A stretch of 64,000 nucleotides of DNA from an uncultured Planctomycetaceae bacterium. GTDB lineage: Bacteria; Planctomycetota; Planctomycetia; Isosphaerales; Isosphaeraceae. A program made the translations under genes and the position numbers. Location of the stretch: the NCBI GenBank assembly GCA_963833985.1, contig CAWIAD010000002.1, positions 6,208,001 through 6,272,000 of the forward strand, read 5' to 3'. A model generated the notes under the pieces. That model was not told the origin of the DNA and made no database searches. It saw only the letters and a list, made by a program, of their open reading frames with translations. The number at the start of each line of letters is the position of its first letter. The first letter of the stretch is position 1. This document shows, one piece after another, positions 1 to 11,078 of the stretch.

Positions 1-1342
1 AAGGATCGTGGAGATCCAGCAGGAAAGCCCCCATGGCGTACTTGCGCATCGCACCGACACCGTGAGTGAGCACGAGCCACCCGGCTTCTGTCTCCAGCGG
101 CGAGCCGCAGTTGCCCAGTTGCACGAACTCCCAGCCGTAGGTCGGCTTGGCGATCTGCTCCTTGGTGTACCAGAAATGAAGCATGTCCGAGTACATCAGG
201 TAGATGTTCTCGTTGTCCTGTCTTGAGAGCATGGCGTAAAGACCGTTCACCTTCCTGGGAAAGAGTGCCAGGCCCTTGTTGCGGACCTCCGGGCCGTTGA
301 GCGTGCTGGCCTTGAAGCGCAGGAAGTCTTCGGTCTCAAGGATCTGCGGCAGCACGACCTTGCCGTCGAAGGCCGTGTAGGTGGCGTAGTAGCGTGCCGA
401 TCCGTCGTCGTCCTGAAACTTGACGAAGCGGGCATCCTCGATGCCATTGGTCTCGGTGGGGGAGGAGGGAAAGATGATCCGCTCCGAGAGCGAGAGCTCG
501 GGGCTGAAGCAAATCTCGTAGTTGGCCTTGACCAGGATGAGCATGTTGTGGGCGATCGGTTCCAGCTCGCGGTGGCGCGGGCGATTCTGCTGCAAGCCGC
601 GCTGGATCGACCGCTGGATGTCATCCACGGCGAACTGGTCGCCCAGCGTGCTCAGCACGTCGTCGGCGAAGGGGCTGTCGATCCCCAGCTCGATCAGCTT
701 GCGGGCGTAGAGACGCTTGTCGAACTGGGTATTGGGAACCAACTCGGGTGCCGTGACGAAGCGCGTGGGCTCGTCGATGGCAATCCGGTTCTCAGCATCG
801 ATCACGCCGCTCCGGAACGTGATTGACGAGATGTGCCCCTCGCCGGTGGCCCGGAGGCTGAGGATGAACCGTCGCGAGCCTTCCGGAAGAACGTCCTGAT
901 CGGGGTGCCAGACCATGGAGGGATTGAACAGCGCCGCGGATTCGAGCGAGTATTCCTGGGTGAAATAAGCGCCCATCAAAAGCTTGCGGTTCTCGCTGAT
1001 CGGCTGGTCGGTGAGGAGATGATGCCGGATCTGGTCGAACCGCTTGAGGAAGAACTGGCGCGTCTTTTGATGGCGGTCGCGGAATTCGCTCAGGACATCT
1101 TCGAGGAGCAGGTCCACCTCGGCTTCAGAGAGCGCCGCGACCCGTCCCAGGATACGCTCGATCCGGTGCTCGCTGGCAGGCTGGAACGGGCGAATGACCA
1201 CGCGGCCGTTGTTCGGCCTGATCACGATGCCCGTTCGTTTGGCCTCGGGCGGTCGAGACGGGTGCGACAGGCCGTCGGGGTGATCACCTCCGGCGGCCGG
1301 ACTGGTCGCTTCCACGGTCAGTGTGGAGCTGTCACGTTCCAT
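1..1342 (-). CDS. Glycoside hydrolase family 130-like protein (glycosidase/phosphorylase), 3' end runs off the window
   Basis: Manual translation from ATG 1342 (GGAG RBS upstream): ...YSLESAALFNPSMVWHPDQ...RFILSLRATGEGHISS...NGIEDARFV...YYATYTAFDG...NKGLALFPRK. Absent from the ORF track because there is no stop in the window. Confidence 0.8.
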   Translation of the reverse strand, partial: MERDSSTLTVEATSPAAGGDHPDGLSHPSRPPEAKRTGIVIRPNNGRVVIRPFQPASEHRIERILGRVAALSEAEVDLLLEDVLSEFRDRHQKTRQFFLKRFDQIRHHLLTDQPISENRKLLMGAYFTQEYSLESAALFNPSMVWHPDQDVLPEGSRRFILSLRATGEGHISSITFRSGVIDAENRIAIDEPTRFVTAPELVPNTQFDKRLYARKLIELGIDSPFADDVLSTLGDQFAVDDIQRSIQRGLQQNRPRHRELEPIAHNMLILVKANYEICFSPELSLSERIIFPSSPTETNGIEDARFVKFQDDDGSARYYATYTAFDGKVVLPQILETEDFLRFKASTLNGPEVRNKGLALFPRKVNGLYAMLSRQDNENIYLMYSDMLHFWYTKEQIAKPTYGWEFVQLGNCGSPLETEAGWLVLTHGVGAMRKYAMGAFLLDLHDP

Positions 1343-1496
1343 GCGCAGGAACTCCGGGTCTGGTATCTGTTTTCCCATCGAAATCGCTTTGCGGGGCCGA
1401 CAGCGTGAGTCTCGAAGCGGGCCGAACTGGCATCTGACCGACCCGGGACCAGGCGCGTCGCGGTCCGTACGCTGCCCGTCTTCAAAGTGAACAGGA

Positions 1497-3778
1497 TCAC
1501 GCCCCCTGCACCTGGCGGAACGGTGCCAGTACGCTCTCCAGGAGCTTCATCTCGCCCAGCGCCAGCAGGAAGGAAAGAGTGGACTCGGCCCCCTGGTTCT
1601 GGTTGACGCGGTCCTCCTGGAGGCCGTCGCAGCAGCCGCCGGTCTTGGCGTCGTACAGCTCCAGCCCCAGGTCGTTGTTGCCGAGGAACCATTCGAAGGC
1701 CAGCCGCGCCTCCTTGAGCCACACGGTATCCTCGGTGGACTGATACGCACTGATGCAGGCCGACACGGTCGCCGAGGCTTCCAGCGGCTGCTGATCAAAC
1801 TGGGCACAGTCGGTCCCGCGATGGTAAAAGCCCTCCGAGCCGATGGGGCGGAAATGGCCGGCGGACGCCTTCTGCTGGCCAACCAGCCAGTGCAGTGCCG
1901 TCACGCCGATGTCCACGGCCCGGTCATTTCCGCTCGAGCGCCCGCTGGTGATCAGGCCCTGACACAACCGGGCGTTGTCATACGTGAGGTACTCTTCAAA
2001 CCAGCACCACTCGCGGGACGCTGTTTGATCATAGAGCGCGGAGAGACGCTCCGTGAGCGTATCGCGCACCTGGCTGGCCTGCCGGGCCCCGCTGAGCCGC
2101 TCGAGATAATGGTGAATGCCCAGCAGACCGAAGGCCCAGGTCCGCGGCGACTTGGTCTCCAGAAGCGCCGGTAAAGCCAGGTCGAAGAGTTCGGATGCCC
2201 AGAACTGAAGATCACGCCGCTTCGACCTGTGAACACAGGCTCCCAGCGCCCAGAGGGCCCTGCCCTGGCAGTCCTCCGAGCCGATCGGCTCCAGCCAGGA
2301 CCGGTTGTAGCCCATGAAGTTGCGGAACCGGCAGACCTTGCGATCAAACGCATAGTTGAGAAACGCCGCGTACGATGCCGTCAGCCGCTGGATCTGCACG
2401 AGCTGATGCCCAGTTGCTCGAGCAGCAGCGTCAGCAGCAGCGCGCGGGAGTTGTCGTCAGTGCAATAGCCTTCGGCGAAGTTGGGGATCGAGTAGCAGGC
2501 ATGCTGGAGGATCCCTGCCGAGTCGGTCATGCGGATCAGGTGGTCGAGCCTCCAGCCGGGCAGGTCCATCGGCTCCTCGGCCAGCGTCCGCACCGCCTGC
2601 AACTTGACCGGCACGTCCAGCCGGCTCCGCCGCGCACGCTGGAACGAATCCATGTAATCGTGGGCGATGTGGCTCCAGATCATCTCTCGGCCCAGAAGAT
2701 ACGCCTTTTTGCGCAACGCGTGGCGGCGCGTCTCGTCGCGCAACAGCTCGCAGACTTCGCGGGCCAGCGCGGCGGAATCTCCGAACGGCACCAGCACGCC
2801 GCGCCCTTCGCCCAGCAGCTCTTCGGCATGCCAGTAGGGAGTGGAGATGACTGCCTTGCCGCAGCCGAACGCATAGGCCAGCGTGCCGGACGTGATCTGC
2901 GCGGGGTTGAGGTATGGTGTGATGTAGATGTCGGCCACGCCAATGAACTCGAGCAGCTCGTCGATCTCGACGAAGCGGTTGTAAAAGCTCACATTCTGCT
3001 TGATGCCCAGACTCTTGGCCAGACGCTCCAGGCTGATGCGGTACCGCTCGCCCTGCTCGCGGATCAGGTTCGGATGGGTCGCACCAAGCACGATGTAGAC
3101 GAAATTCGGGTGTTCCTTGAGGATCGTCGGCATGGCGCGGAGCATGTGCTCGATGCCCTTGTTGGGCGAGAGCAGGCCGAAGGTCAGCGCGACGAACTTC
3201 CCCTCGACGTCAAACTGGTCCTTGTAGAAGGCGGGATCGATGAACGCCATGTCGGGGATGCCGTGGGCGATGAGGTCGATCTTGGACTCCGGAACGTCGT
3301 AGACCTCGCGCAGGAAGAGCCGCGCCCGTTCCGTCATGACGATCACCCGGGCGGAGAGGTCGATCACCTGGTCGAGCACCCGCCGCTGTTCCATGGAGGG
3401 TTGGTCGAGCACGGTGTGCAACGTGGTGGCGACGGGCATCCGCAGGTTCCTCAGCAGGCGGATGATGTGGCTGCCGGAGGGCCCGCCGAAGATGCCGTAC
3501 TCATGCTGGAGACACACGACATCGACGTTGGCGAAGTTCAGGTAGTCGGCCGCGCGCAAGTAGCCATCGAGCTCCTGCTCCTCAATCTCGAACCGGACCT
3601 CGGGCGGATAGTCGTACCCCTCGGTCACATCGTTGACCGGGACAACGAAGCAGTCCGAGGCGGGATACTGCGTGGCCACCGACGTACACACGTCGTGGGT
3701 GAAGGTGGCGATCCCGCACTTGCGCGGCAGGTAGTCGCCGATGAAGCCGATCTTGCGAATCTCGGTGGTACGACTCAT
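1497..3778 (-). CDS. Glycosyltransferase family 4 with long C-terminal domain; one apparent frameshift near 2398 (probably a sequencing error)
   Basis: ORF 2381-3817 (YLPRKCGIATFT, QHEYGIFGG, FGLLSPNKGIE, GYCTDDNSRAL) and ORF 1497-2399 (FRNFM, SED, FDQQP, NQGAESTL) are two halves of one widespread ~750 aa protein. Junction AGC TC(G) GTG CAG lacks one G. Confidence 0.85.
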
Positions 3779-4074
3779 AGGATATCGTGGGACGGCAGGA
3801 TCAACCGGTGCTGGCAAGAACCGCCTCGGAACCCGCCCAGCGGGAGATCAAGATCAATACCAGATGCCAGGGCCAGGATTGCCAGGACTTGACCACGCAA
3901 CCTCGAAACTCCATCAAGCACGCGCTACCGCTGCTCGGCCGGGCAGCAAGGCGGCGAAGCTGGGGCCTGTCCCCCGAACGCTGAACGCTGCCGTGCCAGT
4001 TTCAAGGTCAGCGAAAAAACGGGACGCCGGCGGATGGCTCGAAATGGGCGCAGCGCAGGCAGACAACCCTCCTT

Positions 4075-4485
4075 TTGAGCCTTCTCGACGTCCCTATCAT
4101 ATCGCATGATTCTAACAAACCATTCGGTGCTGGCGAAAGCCAGCAGCACCCGGCGGGACCCCTTGCCGTGAGCCGGATGATCACACCTGCCGGGAATCGC
4201 CGCATCCACCTGGGCATCGCGCACCAGTCCTCGCCCGGCGACTTCACGGGCCACCCGAGAATCGACGGGGACCTGCTTGCCCGGCGCCTGCGCTCGCGCG
4301 GCCGGACCATCTCCGCATTCCCTCAGCATCTCCGCGTCGTCATCATGCCCAACCATGACTGGCCCATCGTGGAGCAGTTCCTGGAAGACCTCGCCCACTG
4401 CGCAGCGATCCGAAGCGCATCGTTCTCGGTGCGGACGGCCGGCCCGGTATTGATCCCGGCCCCCCCTTGGTTCACTTGCCACTAA
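4075..4485 (+). CDS. Possible hypothetical protein
   Basis: 136-codon ORF in an otherwise empty gap; no motif recognised and start uncertain. Confidence 0.3.
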   Translation: MSLLDVPIISHDSNKPFGAGESQQHPAGPLAVSRMITPAGNRRIHLGIAHQSSPGDFTGHPRIDGDLLARRLRSRGRTISAFPQHLRVVIMPNHDWPIVEQFLEDLAHCAAIRSASFSVRTAGPVLIPAPPWFTCH

Positions 4486-4657
4486 TCGAGTTATATGTGC
4501 AACTGTAACAATTTGATCAAAATATCTTGACTATTGCCAGAACCTGGTGGATGATCGGATTTCAGATCACCTGTTCCGTCATTCATCTGGCCACCCCGGA
4601 TCGTGCGACATCTCGCGTTCGAGGCGTTCCGGGAATCCTTCCGCCCGCGAGGTCGGC

Positions 4658-6649
4658 ATGAGCACCGTTGCGCGAACCGAGACGCTGGATGCACTCTTTC
4701 CCCAGCTTGACGGATCGAATGGCCGGCATTTCCCCTATCCCGGTGTGCCCATGACGTGCGACGGCGCCGAGGCGGTCGTACACGTTGAGACGCACATCAG
4801 CCAGGCCGCCGGCGCCTATCCCATCACCAGCTCCACCACCATGGGGGGCGGCTTCAACGCCGGGGTCATGAACGGTGCGCTCAACCTCTGGGGCGACCCC
4901 CTCATGTTCTTCGAGCCAGAAAGCGAGCATTCGGCGGCCAGCGTCTGCGAGGGCTTCGCCGTGGCCGGTGGACGGGTGACGAACTTCACCTCGGGCCAGG
5001 GCCTGGTGCTCATGAAGGAGGTGCTCTACACGATTGCCGGCAAGAGGCTGCCGGTGGTCATGAACATTGGCGCACGGGCGCTCACCAGCCAGGGGCTGAA
5101 CGTGCATGCCGGGCACGACGACATGATGTCGGTGGCGGACTGCGGTTGGGGCATGATCTTCGGCCGCAACGCCCAGGAAGCCGGCGATTTCTGCCTCATC
5201 GCCCGGCGCGCGGCCGAGGCCGGTCATACGCCATTCTTCAACGTGCAGGACGGCTTCCTGACCACGCATACCGTCGAACGCGTGCACCTCCCCGAACCGG
5301 AGTTCATGAAATCGTTCGTCGGCGACCCCCGGGAGAAACTCCTGAACCTGATGGACCCTGCCAGCCCGGTCATGTCGGGCGTGGTCCAGAATCAGGACTC
5401 GTACATGAAGGGTAAGATCGCCCAGCACTGGTATTATGATCGGATCGATCCGATCCTGGCCGAGGCCTTCGAGGAGTTCTACAAACAGACCGGCCGGCGC
5501 TACAGTTTCCTGGAGCCCTATCGCTGCGAGGATGCCGAGTACATCCTCATCGGCATGGGGTGCTACATGGAGACCGTGAAGGCGGCCGTCGACTACCTCC
5601 GCGAGCAGAAGGGTATTGCCGCGGGCTGTCTGACCGTCTTCGTTTTCCGGCCGTTCCCGGCGGCGCGGATCATCGAGGCGCTCCGTGGCTGCCGGGCGAT
5701 CACCGTCTTCGAACGCATGGACGACCCCCTCTCCACCACGGGCAATCACCTCACTCGCGAGATCAAGGCGGCATTCTGCGACGCCATGACCGGCCAGAAC
5801 GGCCAGGACCCGATCGAACGGATCCCCCGCGTCTACAGCGGCTCGGCCGGCCTGGGCAGCCGCGACGTCCGGCCCGGCGACATTATCGCCGCCTTCGAGA
5901 ACATGATTCATGACGGGCCTGAGTATTTCAGCATCGGCATCGACCACCCCTCGGCACTGAAGCTGGCGAACGATCCGGACCTGCGTCCCCACGGCGGCTT
6001 CTCGATGCGCGGGCATTCGGTCGGCGGCTTCGGCTCGGTCACCACCAACAAGGTCATCGCCACCATCGCCGGCGACGTCTTCGGCAAGGACGTGCAGGCG
6101 TATCCCAAGTACGGCTCGGAGAAGAAGGGACTGCCGACGACCTATTACCTGACGATTGCCGATTCCCACATCCTCACCCACTGCGAGCTCGAGCAGGTCG
6201 ATCTCGTTTGCATCAACGACCCGACGGCCATCTTGAGTCCCGGCCCGCTCAAGGGACTGGTGGAGGGTGGTGCGATCTTCATGCAGTCGCCCCACGAGGA
6301 TCCCGCCGAGGTCTGGAAGCGGATCCCCGAGCACAATCGCCGCACGATCCGGTCCCGGAACCTGCACGTGTACTACGCCGACATGGTGAAGATCGCGCGT
6401 GAGGTGGCCTCCGTGGCCGACCTCCAGATGCGCATGCAGGGCATCGTCCTGCTGGGAGCGTTCCTCAAGCTCACGCCCTACGCCGCCCTCGCCGGCATGA
6501 AGGACGAGCAGGTCGACGCCGGTGTCGAGAAGGCCCTGCGCAAGTACTTCGGCAAGCGCGGCGACCGTGTCGTGCAGGACAACCTCACCTGCGTCCAACG
6601 CGGCTATCGCGAAACGCGTGAGATTCCCCGGGAAATCTTCCAGGGCTGA
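4658..6649 (+). CDS. Pyruvate/2-oxoacid:ferredoxin(flavodoxin) oxidoreductase, fused alpha+gamma part
   Basis: YPITSST, ESEHSAA, FTSGQGLVLMKE, GHSVGGFGSVTTNK, YGSEKKG; GAGG RBS before ATG 4658. Confidence 0.9.
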   Translation: MSTVARTETLDALFPQLDGSNGRHFPYPGVPMTCDGAEAVVHVETHISQAAGAYPITSSTTMGGGFNAGVMNGALNLWGDPLMFFEPESEHSAASVCEGFAVAGGRVTNFTSGQGLVLMKEVLYTIAGKRLPVVMNIGARALTSQGLNVHAGHDDMMSVADCGWGMIFGRNAQEAGDFCLIARRAAEAGHTPFFNVQDGFLTTHTVERVHLPEPEFMKSFVGDPREKLLNLMDPASPVMSGVVQNQDSYMKGKIAQHWYYDRIDPILAEAFEEFYKQTGRRYSFLEPYRCEDAEYILIGMGCYMETVKAAVDYLREQKGIAAGCLTVFVFRPFPAARIIEALRGCRAITVFERMDDPLSTTGNHLTREIKAAFCDAMTGQNGQDPIERIPRVYSGSAGLGSRDVRPGDIIAAFENMIHDGPEYFSIGIDHPSALKLANDPDLRPHGGFSMRGHSVGGFGSVTTNKVIATIAGDVFGKDVQAYPKYGSEKKGLPTTYYLTIADSHILTHCELEQVDLVCINDPTAILSPGPLKGLVEGGAIFMQSPHEDPAEVWKRIPEHNRRTIRSRNLHVYYADMVKIAREVASVADLQMRMQGIVLLGAFLKLTPYAALAGMKDEQVDAGVEKALRKYFGKRGDRVVQDNLTCVQRGYRETREIPREIFQG

Positions 6650-6740
6650 AGCACGCCGGCCTGCGCCGGCCGGGCTGCCCTTCGCTTCCAACGCGCGCTC
6701 AGATCGCATCCGTGGCTCCCTTCCTCTCGAGGAGAGATCG

Positions 6741-8387
6741 ATGCTCCAGACTCCCACCCGACCCTCGATGAACGACGCGCACGACCAGGACCCGTACAAC
6801 AACAGCAGCTATGGCACCCTGGTCGATGCCCCCTACAAGCTTGTCAGCTTGCCCGTCCTCGACGTCCTCGACTTCAACGAGCGCATCATCCGCGGCTACG
6901 AGGAGGGCTCGGCCGAGAAGGGGCTCCCCGCCGATCTGTCGGTGGCGCGTTCTCTGGTTCCCGCCGGCACGGCCACACTCCGCGACTTCAGCAACATCGC
7001 CCCCGAGATTCCCATTTACCTGCCCGAGAACTGCACCGGCTGCATGGACTGCGTCACCCAGTGCCCCGACACCGCCATCCTGGGCAAAGTGCTCTCCGAG
7101 TCCGAGCTGGAAGACCACCTGGCGACGATTCATGAACCGTCCGACCGCGACATGTTCCGAGTCCAGTGGTCGCGCACCAAGAAGTATTTTGAAGCCCCCA
7201 AGAAGAAGGGGATCGCCGGTGGGATGTTCAACATCATCATCGACCCCAGCAAATGCAAGGGGTGCGCCGAGTGCGTCACCATCTGCGACGACAACGCTCT
7301 GAAGATGGCCGACAAGACCGACGACGTCATGACCACCGCGCGGAAGAGCCACCGCCTGTTCAAGAGCTTCGGTCCCAGCAATCCCCAGTACGTCAGCGAC
7401 AACCTGCTCATTGACATGATGCTCAAGGAGCAGACGCACATCTACACTGGCGGCGCAGGGTCGTGCGCGGGCTGCGGCGAGGGGACGGCCCTGCGCATGA
7501 TGTGCGCGGCGACCGGCTCGAAGTACGGCGATCAGTGGGGAATCGTCGCCGCGACCGGGTGCAACACGGTCTATACCTCAACCTATCCTTATAACCCCTA
7601 TCTCGTGCCCTGGACCAACTCACTCTTCGAGAACGCACCGGCGTACGCCATCGGCGTGCGCATGCGCTGGGACCAGATGGGCTGGCGCGATCGCCCGCTC
7701 TGGTGCCTGGGTGGAGACGGTGCCATGTTCGACATCGGCTTCCAGTCGCTCTCGCGGATGTTTGCCAGCGGTATGAACATCAAGGTATTCGTGCTCGATA
7801 CCCAGGTTTATTCGAACACCGGCGGTCAGGCCTCGACCAGCAGCTTCACCGGCCAGAACACCAAGATGAGCGTGCACGGCAAGGCGATCGGCGGCAAGCA
7901 GGAACGTCGCAAGGAGATCGCCCAGATCGCCATGATGCACCCGCGCACCTACGTGGCCCAGACAACCTGTGCCCACACGAACCACTTCTACCGCTCGGTC
8001 ATCGGCGCACTCGAGTTCGACGGCCCGGCCATCGTCGTCTGCTACACCACCTGCCAGCCCGAGCACGGCGTGGGCGACAACATGGCTGCCGAGCAGGCCC
8101 GGCTGGCGGTGGACAGCAGGGCATTTCCCCTCCTGGTCTACGACCCCCGCAAGGGCAGCACCATCAAGGAGCGGCTCTCGCTCCAGGGCAACCCGGCGGC
8201 GAAGGACGACTGGTTCGTCAATCCCAAGACCAAGGAGCCGGTCACGTTTCTGGATTTCGCCCGCAGCGAGGGCCGCTTCTCCAAGCACTTCGACCGCGAC
8301 GGCAACCCGTCGGAAACGCTGCTTCGCGCCCGGGAAGACCGGCTGGAGAACTGGCATCTGCTCCAGGAGCTGGCGGGGCTGAGGTGA
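6741..8387 (+). CDS. Pyruvate/2-oxoacid:ferredoxin oxidoreductase, fused ferredoxin (delta) + TPP-binding (beta) part
   Basis: CTGCMDCVTQCP and CKGCAECVTIC 4Fe-4S motifs, SCAGCGE, ATGC, GGDG...YSNTGGQ TPP motif; GAGGAG RBS. Confidence 0.9.
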   Translation: MLQTPTRPSMNDAHDQDPYNNSSYGTLVDAPYKLVSLPVLDVLDFNERIIRGYEEGSAEKGLPADLSVARSLVPAGTATLRDFSNIAPEIPIYLPENCTGCMDCVTQCPDTAILGKVLSESELEDHLATIHEPSDRDMFRVQWSRTKKYFEAPKKKGIAGGMFNIIIDPSKCKGCAECVTICDDNALKMADKTDDVMTTARKSHRLFKSFGPSNPQYVSDNLLIDMMLKEQTHIYTGGAGSCAGCGEGTALRMMCAATGSKYGDQWGIVAATGCNTVYTSTYPYNPYLVPWTNSLFENAPAYAIGVRMRWDQMGWRDRPLWCLGGDGAMFDIGFQSLSRMFASGMNIKVFVLDTQVYSNTGGQASTSSFTGQNTKMSVHGKAIGGKQERRKEIAQIAMMHPRTYVAQTTCAHTNHFYRSVIGALEFDGPAIVVCYTTCQPEHGVGDNMAAEQARLAVDSRAFPLLVYDPRKGSTIKERLSLQGNPAAKDDWFVNPKTKEPVTFLDFARSEGRFSKHFDRDGNPSETLLRAREDRLENWHLLQELAGLR

Positions 8388-8416
8388 GGCGAGGCGAGCT
8401 GAGGGTCGCACGGCAC

Positions 8417-8746
8417 ATGAACGCCGGCACCGGCACTATCGTGGCCTCTCATGTCCATGCGTCTGGCGGCCTGGCCGAGACCCTGGATTTTGTCAGGCGC
8501 ACCCGCTCGGAGCTCCGGCAGCTCCGGCGGGTGTACGCGTGGATCGATCGTCTACACATCTGTGACGTCAATCGGGATGTCTTTGAAGTGATTGGTCTGG
8601 GTTACGCTGATCCCGACGTCATTGCCGTATTCAAAGACATCAACGCCGCCTACGACCCTCGCAGTCTGCACCTGCCGACGGCTACGGAGTACAAGGAGTT
8701 CAACCTTGGCCGCTGTCATCCCTGGGCCGAGGACCGGGTGATGTGA
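8417..8746 (+). CDS. Hypothetical protein (109 aa), likely co-transcribed with the oxidoreductase
   Basis: ATG 29 nt after the previous stop, GAGGG upstream, protein-like composition. Confidence 0.6.
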   Translation: MNAGTGTIVASHVHASGGLAETLDFVRRTRSELRQLRRVYAWIDRLHICDVNRDVFEVIGLGYADPDVIAVFKDINAAYDPRSLHLPTATEYKEFNLGRCHPWAEDRVM

Positions 8747-9716
8747 GCATCCGCCTGAGTCTCCAGGCCAGCACGATCGGCGCCGCGATCAGCGTGAGGG
8801 TGAAAGCGGGCGGTTCGGGGACTGCCGCGTACGCCGCCTGGCCGATCACTTGCCCGATCTCCGTGGTGGGATGGACGGTGTCCCAGAACAGGTAACCCTG
8901 TCCGTTGTAGTTTGGATCAAGGTATGCAGGGTCCGTCACGTTGGTGAGGCCATGCGCTCCCGGGTCCATCATGAGGTTCTGAAAGACCGAATTGACGTCG
9001 ACCTGGTGGATCGTGACACCGAGTTCCTGCTGGAGGCCGTCAAGCTGGGAGTGGAGCATGCTGTCGAACTGGAGCGAGAGGTAATTCAGGGCGCCGCTGA
9101 CTGGTAATCCACTGGTCGCCGGAAGTTCACCCAGCAATGGCAGGTTGGGTACCAGGAATTGCCTGGCGCCGGCAGCGGCCAGCAATGTGATATCGCTGAC
9201 CAGGTTCGCAACCGGCACTGAGGGATCGGTCACTCCGCCGTGCAGGAAATCATTGGCCCCGCCCCAGATCGTGAAGAGCTGCGTGGCCGCGATGGAAGGC
9301 GAGGTGGAAAGGTACTGGGTGATCTGCATCCCGATATTGGGTGTGTTGTAGATCGGAGAGAGCCCTGTGCCAGTCTCCGCCCCACCCCAGGCATAATCCA
9401 TACCGCCCGCCACGCTGGGTCCTGGTGCGGCGACTCCCAGGTCTTTCGCCAGGTATTCCAGCCAGATCGGCCCGTTCGAAAACCGCCCCGGGTCATACGA
9501 ACCGCCTGGATACGAACCGCCCGGATACAGACTCCCTGGGTTGGGGTTGACCCCTCCGGTCGCAAGATAAATGTTGCCGACGTCAGAGAGGCTGTCCCCG
9601 AAGGCGACGATCCCACTGATACCGCCGGCGCGCGCTGAGCTGGCCGACCACAAGAAAGAGAGAACAGCCAGCAAGGCAAGACGTCGCATCGGTGTCAATA
9701 TCGTACGCGCCATCAT
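8700..9716 (-). CDS. SGNH/GDSL hydrolase with signal peptide and PEP-CTERM-like sorting signal
   Basis: FGDSLSD, GRFSNG, GGAND, FWDTVHPT blocks; C-terminal VPEP + hydrophobic stretch + RLRR; AAGGAG RBS. Confidence 0.88.
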   Translation of the reverse strand: MMARTILTPMRRLALLAVLSFLWSASSARAGGISGIVAFGDSLSDVGNIYLATGGVNPNPGSLYPGGSYPGGSYDPGRFSNGPIWLEYLAKDLGVAAPGPSVAGGMDYAWGGAETGTGLSPIYNTPNIGMQITQYLSTSPSIAATQLFTIWGGANDFLHGGVTDPSVPVANLVSDITLLAAAGARQFLVPNLPLLGELPATSGLPVSGALNYLSLQFDSMLHSQLDGLQQELGVTIHQVDVNSVFQNLMMDPGAHGLTNVTDPAYLDPNYNGQGYLFWDTVHPTTEIGQVIGQAAYAAVPEPPAFTLTLIAAPIVLAWRLRRMLTSPGPRPRDDSGQG

Positions 9717-10073
9717 GATTCGAATACTCCTTTTGGGTGCATCACAAAGAGAGTGCACGCATGGCGATTCGTCGTCTCGCTTTCCTGCGAGAGAACGCGA
9801 CGACCGCGAACCCGCACACTCTACCTACGGATCATCCCTGGTTTCCTTACGCGGATCTGATTCTCGGGCCCATCCCACGCCTGCGCCGGGTGGCCTGGCA
9901 CCAGATGAACTCGCATCCAGGCCAGGTTTCGACCACAATAACGATCTGGGGCCGTTGCGCTGCACGGACCGAGGCTGAGCCCATTGCGCAATATCGCGTG
10001 CAGGTTCTATCAGAATTTCGCAAAAGGTAAAGATCGGTTTCAAATTATCGTGATCGGAAAGGAAACATCGGCT

Positions 10074-10793
10074 GTGGCAGCACGACCGGAATCGGAAAAG
10101 GATAGGCAGGCACACGCGCACCGTCTGAGCGCCTTGCAGGGAACGCCGCCGGGTTCGCTGGTGATCCATGAGATCTACCGTAGCCTGCAAGGGGAAAGCA
10201 CGTATGCCGGGCTTCCCTGCGTCTTCGTGCGGCTCACGGCCTGCCACCTGCGGTGCGTCTATTGCGACACGTCCCACGCCTTCACCGAAGGAGCGCTCAT
10301 GACCCTTGACGATGTCGTCGAGAAGGCGCTTACCCTGGGTGATGAGCTTGTGGAGATCACCGGCGGAGAGCCCCTGCTTCAACCCGATGTCCACCCGCTC
10401 ATGGCCCGCCTGGCCGACGCCGGCAAGACGGTTCTGCTGGAAACCAGCGGAGCAATGGACACTGGCGCCGTCGATCCCCGTGTGCACGTCATCCTGGACC
10501 TCAAGACGCCCGGCTCCGGCGAGGTGAACGCGAACGTCTGGAGCAATCTCGCCCGGCTGCGGCCGACGGACGAGATCAAATTCGTCGTCTGCGACCGGGC
10601 TGACTTCGAATGGTCCAGGCACGTCGTCCAGGAGCATCGGCTCACGGAGCGCTGCCCTGTCCTGTTCTCTGCCGCCTTCGGCCAGGTCAACCCCACCGAG
10701 CTGGCGGCCTGGATCCTCGAATCGCGGCTTGCCGTCCGTCTTCAGCTCCAGCAGCACAAGATCCTCTGGGACCCCAAGGCAAGAGGGGTCTGA
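10074..10793 (+). CDS. queE: 7-carboxy-7-deazaguanine synthase (radical SAM)
   Basis: EIYRSLQGE, FVRLTACHLRCVYCDT (CxxxCxxC), ITGGEP, ETSG, QLQQHK; GTG start after AAGGA. Confidence 0.85.
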   Translation: MAARPESEKDRQAHAHRLSALQGTPPGSLVIHEIYRSLQGESTYAGLPCVFVRLTACHLRCVYCDTSHAFTEGALMTLDDVVEKALTLGDELVEITGGEPLLQPDVHPLMARLADAGKTVLLETSGAMDTGAVDPRVHVILDLKTPGSGEVNANVWSNLARLRPTDEIKFVVCDRADFEWSRHVVQEHRLTERCPVLFSAAFGQVNPTELAAWILESRLAVRLQLQQHKILWDPKARGV

Positions 10794-11078
10794 GTCCGAG
10801 CGGCCTGGTCGCGTGCTCCCACATGCGTCCGGCAAAAGTGGCCTTGAACAGCCAGACCACCCAGTGGAGCGCACGCTTTCGCCGCCCTGGACCGCCGCGC
10901 GCCGCCTCGCTCGCAGAGGCGGCGCGCTGATCCAAACCAACGGGCGGATTGTCAAAGAGCACCCACACGGATCCCTCCTGCTCAGTCTACGGCCAGATCG
11001 CCGGCCAAACGCATCTCGCCTCGTTTGTCCCGACTCACCCGGCCGATCCGACAATTCTCAAGCGGGTCGCATCAATGA

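Noticed and set aside
4490..4535. FNR or Rex box upstream of PFOR
   Set aside because: Only a TTGAT half-site, and the TGT...ACA spacing does not fit either consensus.
9995..10040. preQ1 riboswitch upstream of queE (AGGTTCTA resembles the class I loop)
   Set aside because: No complementary P1 strand and no A-rich 3' tail.
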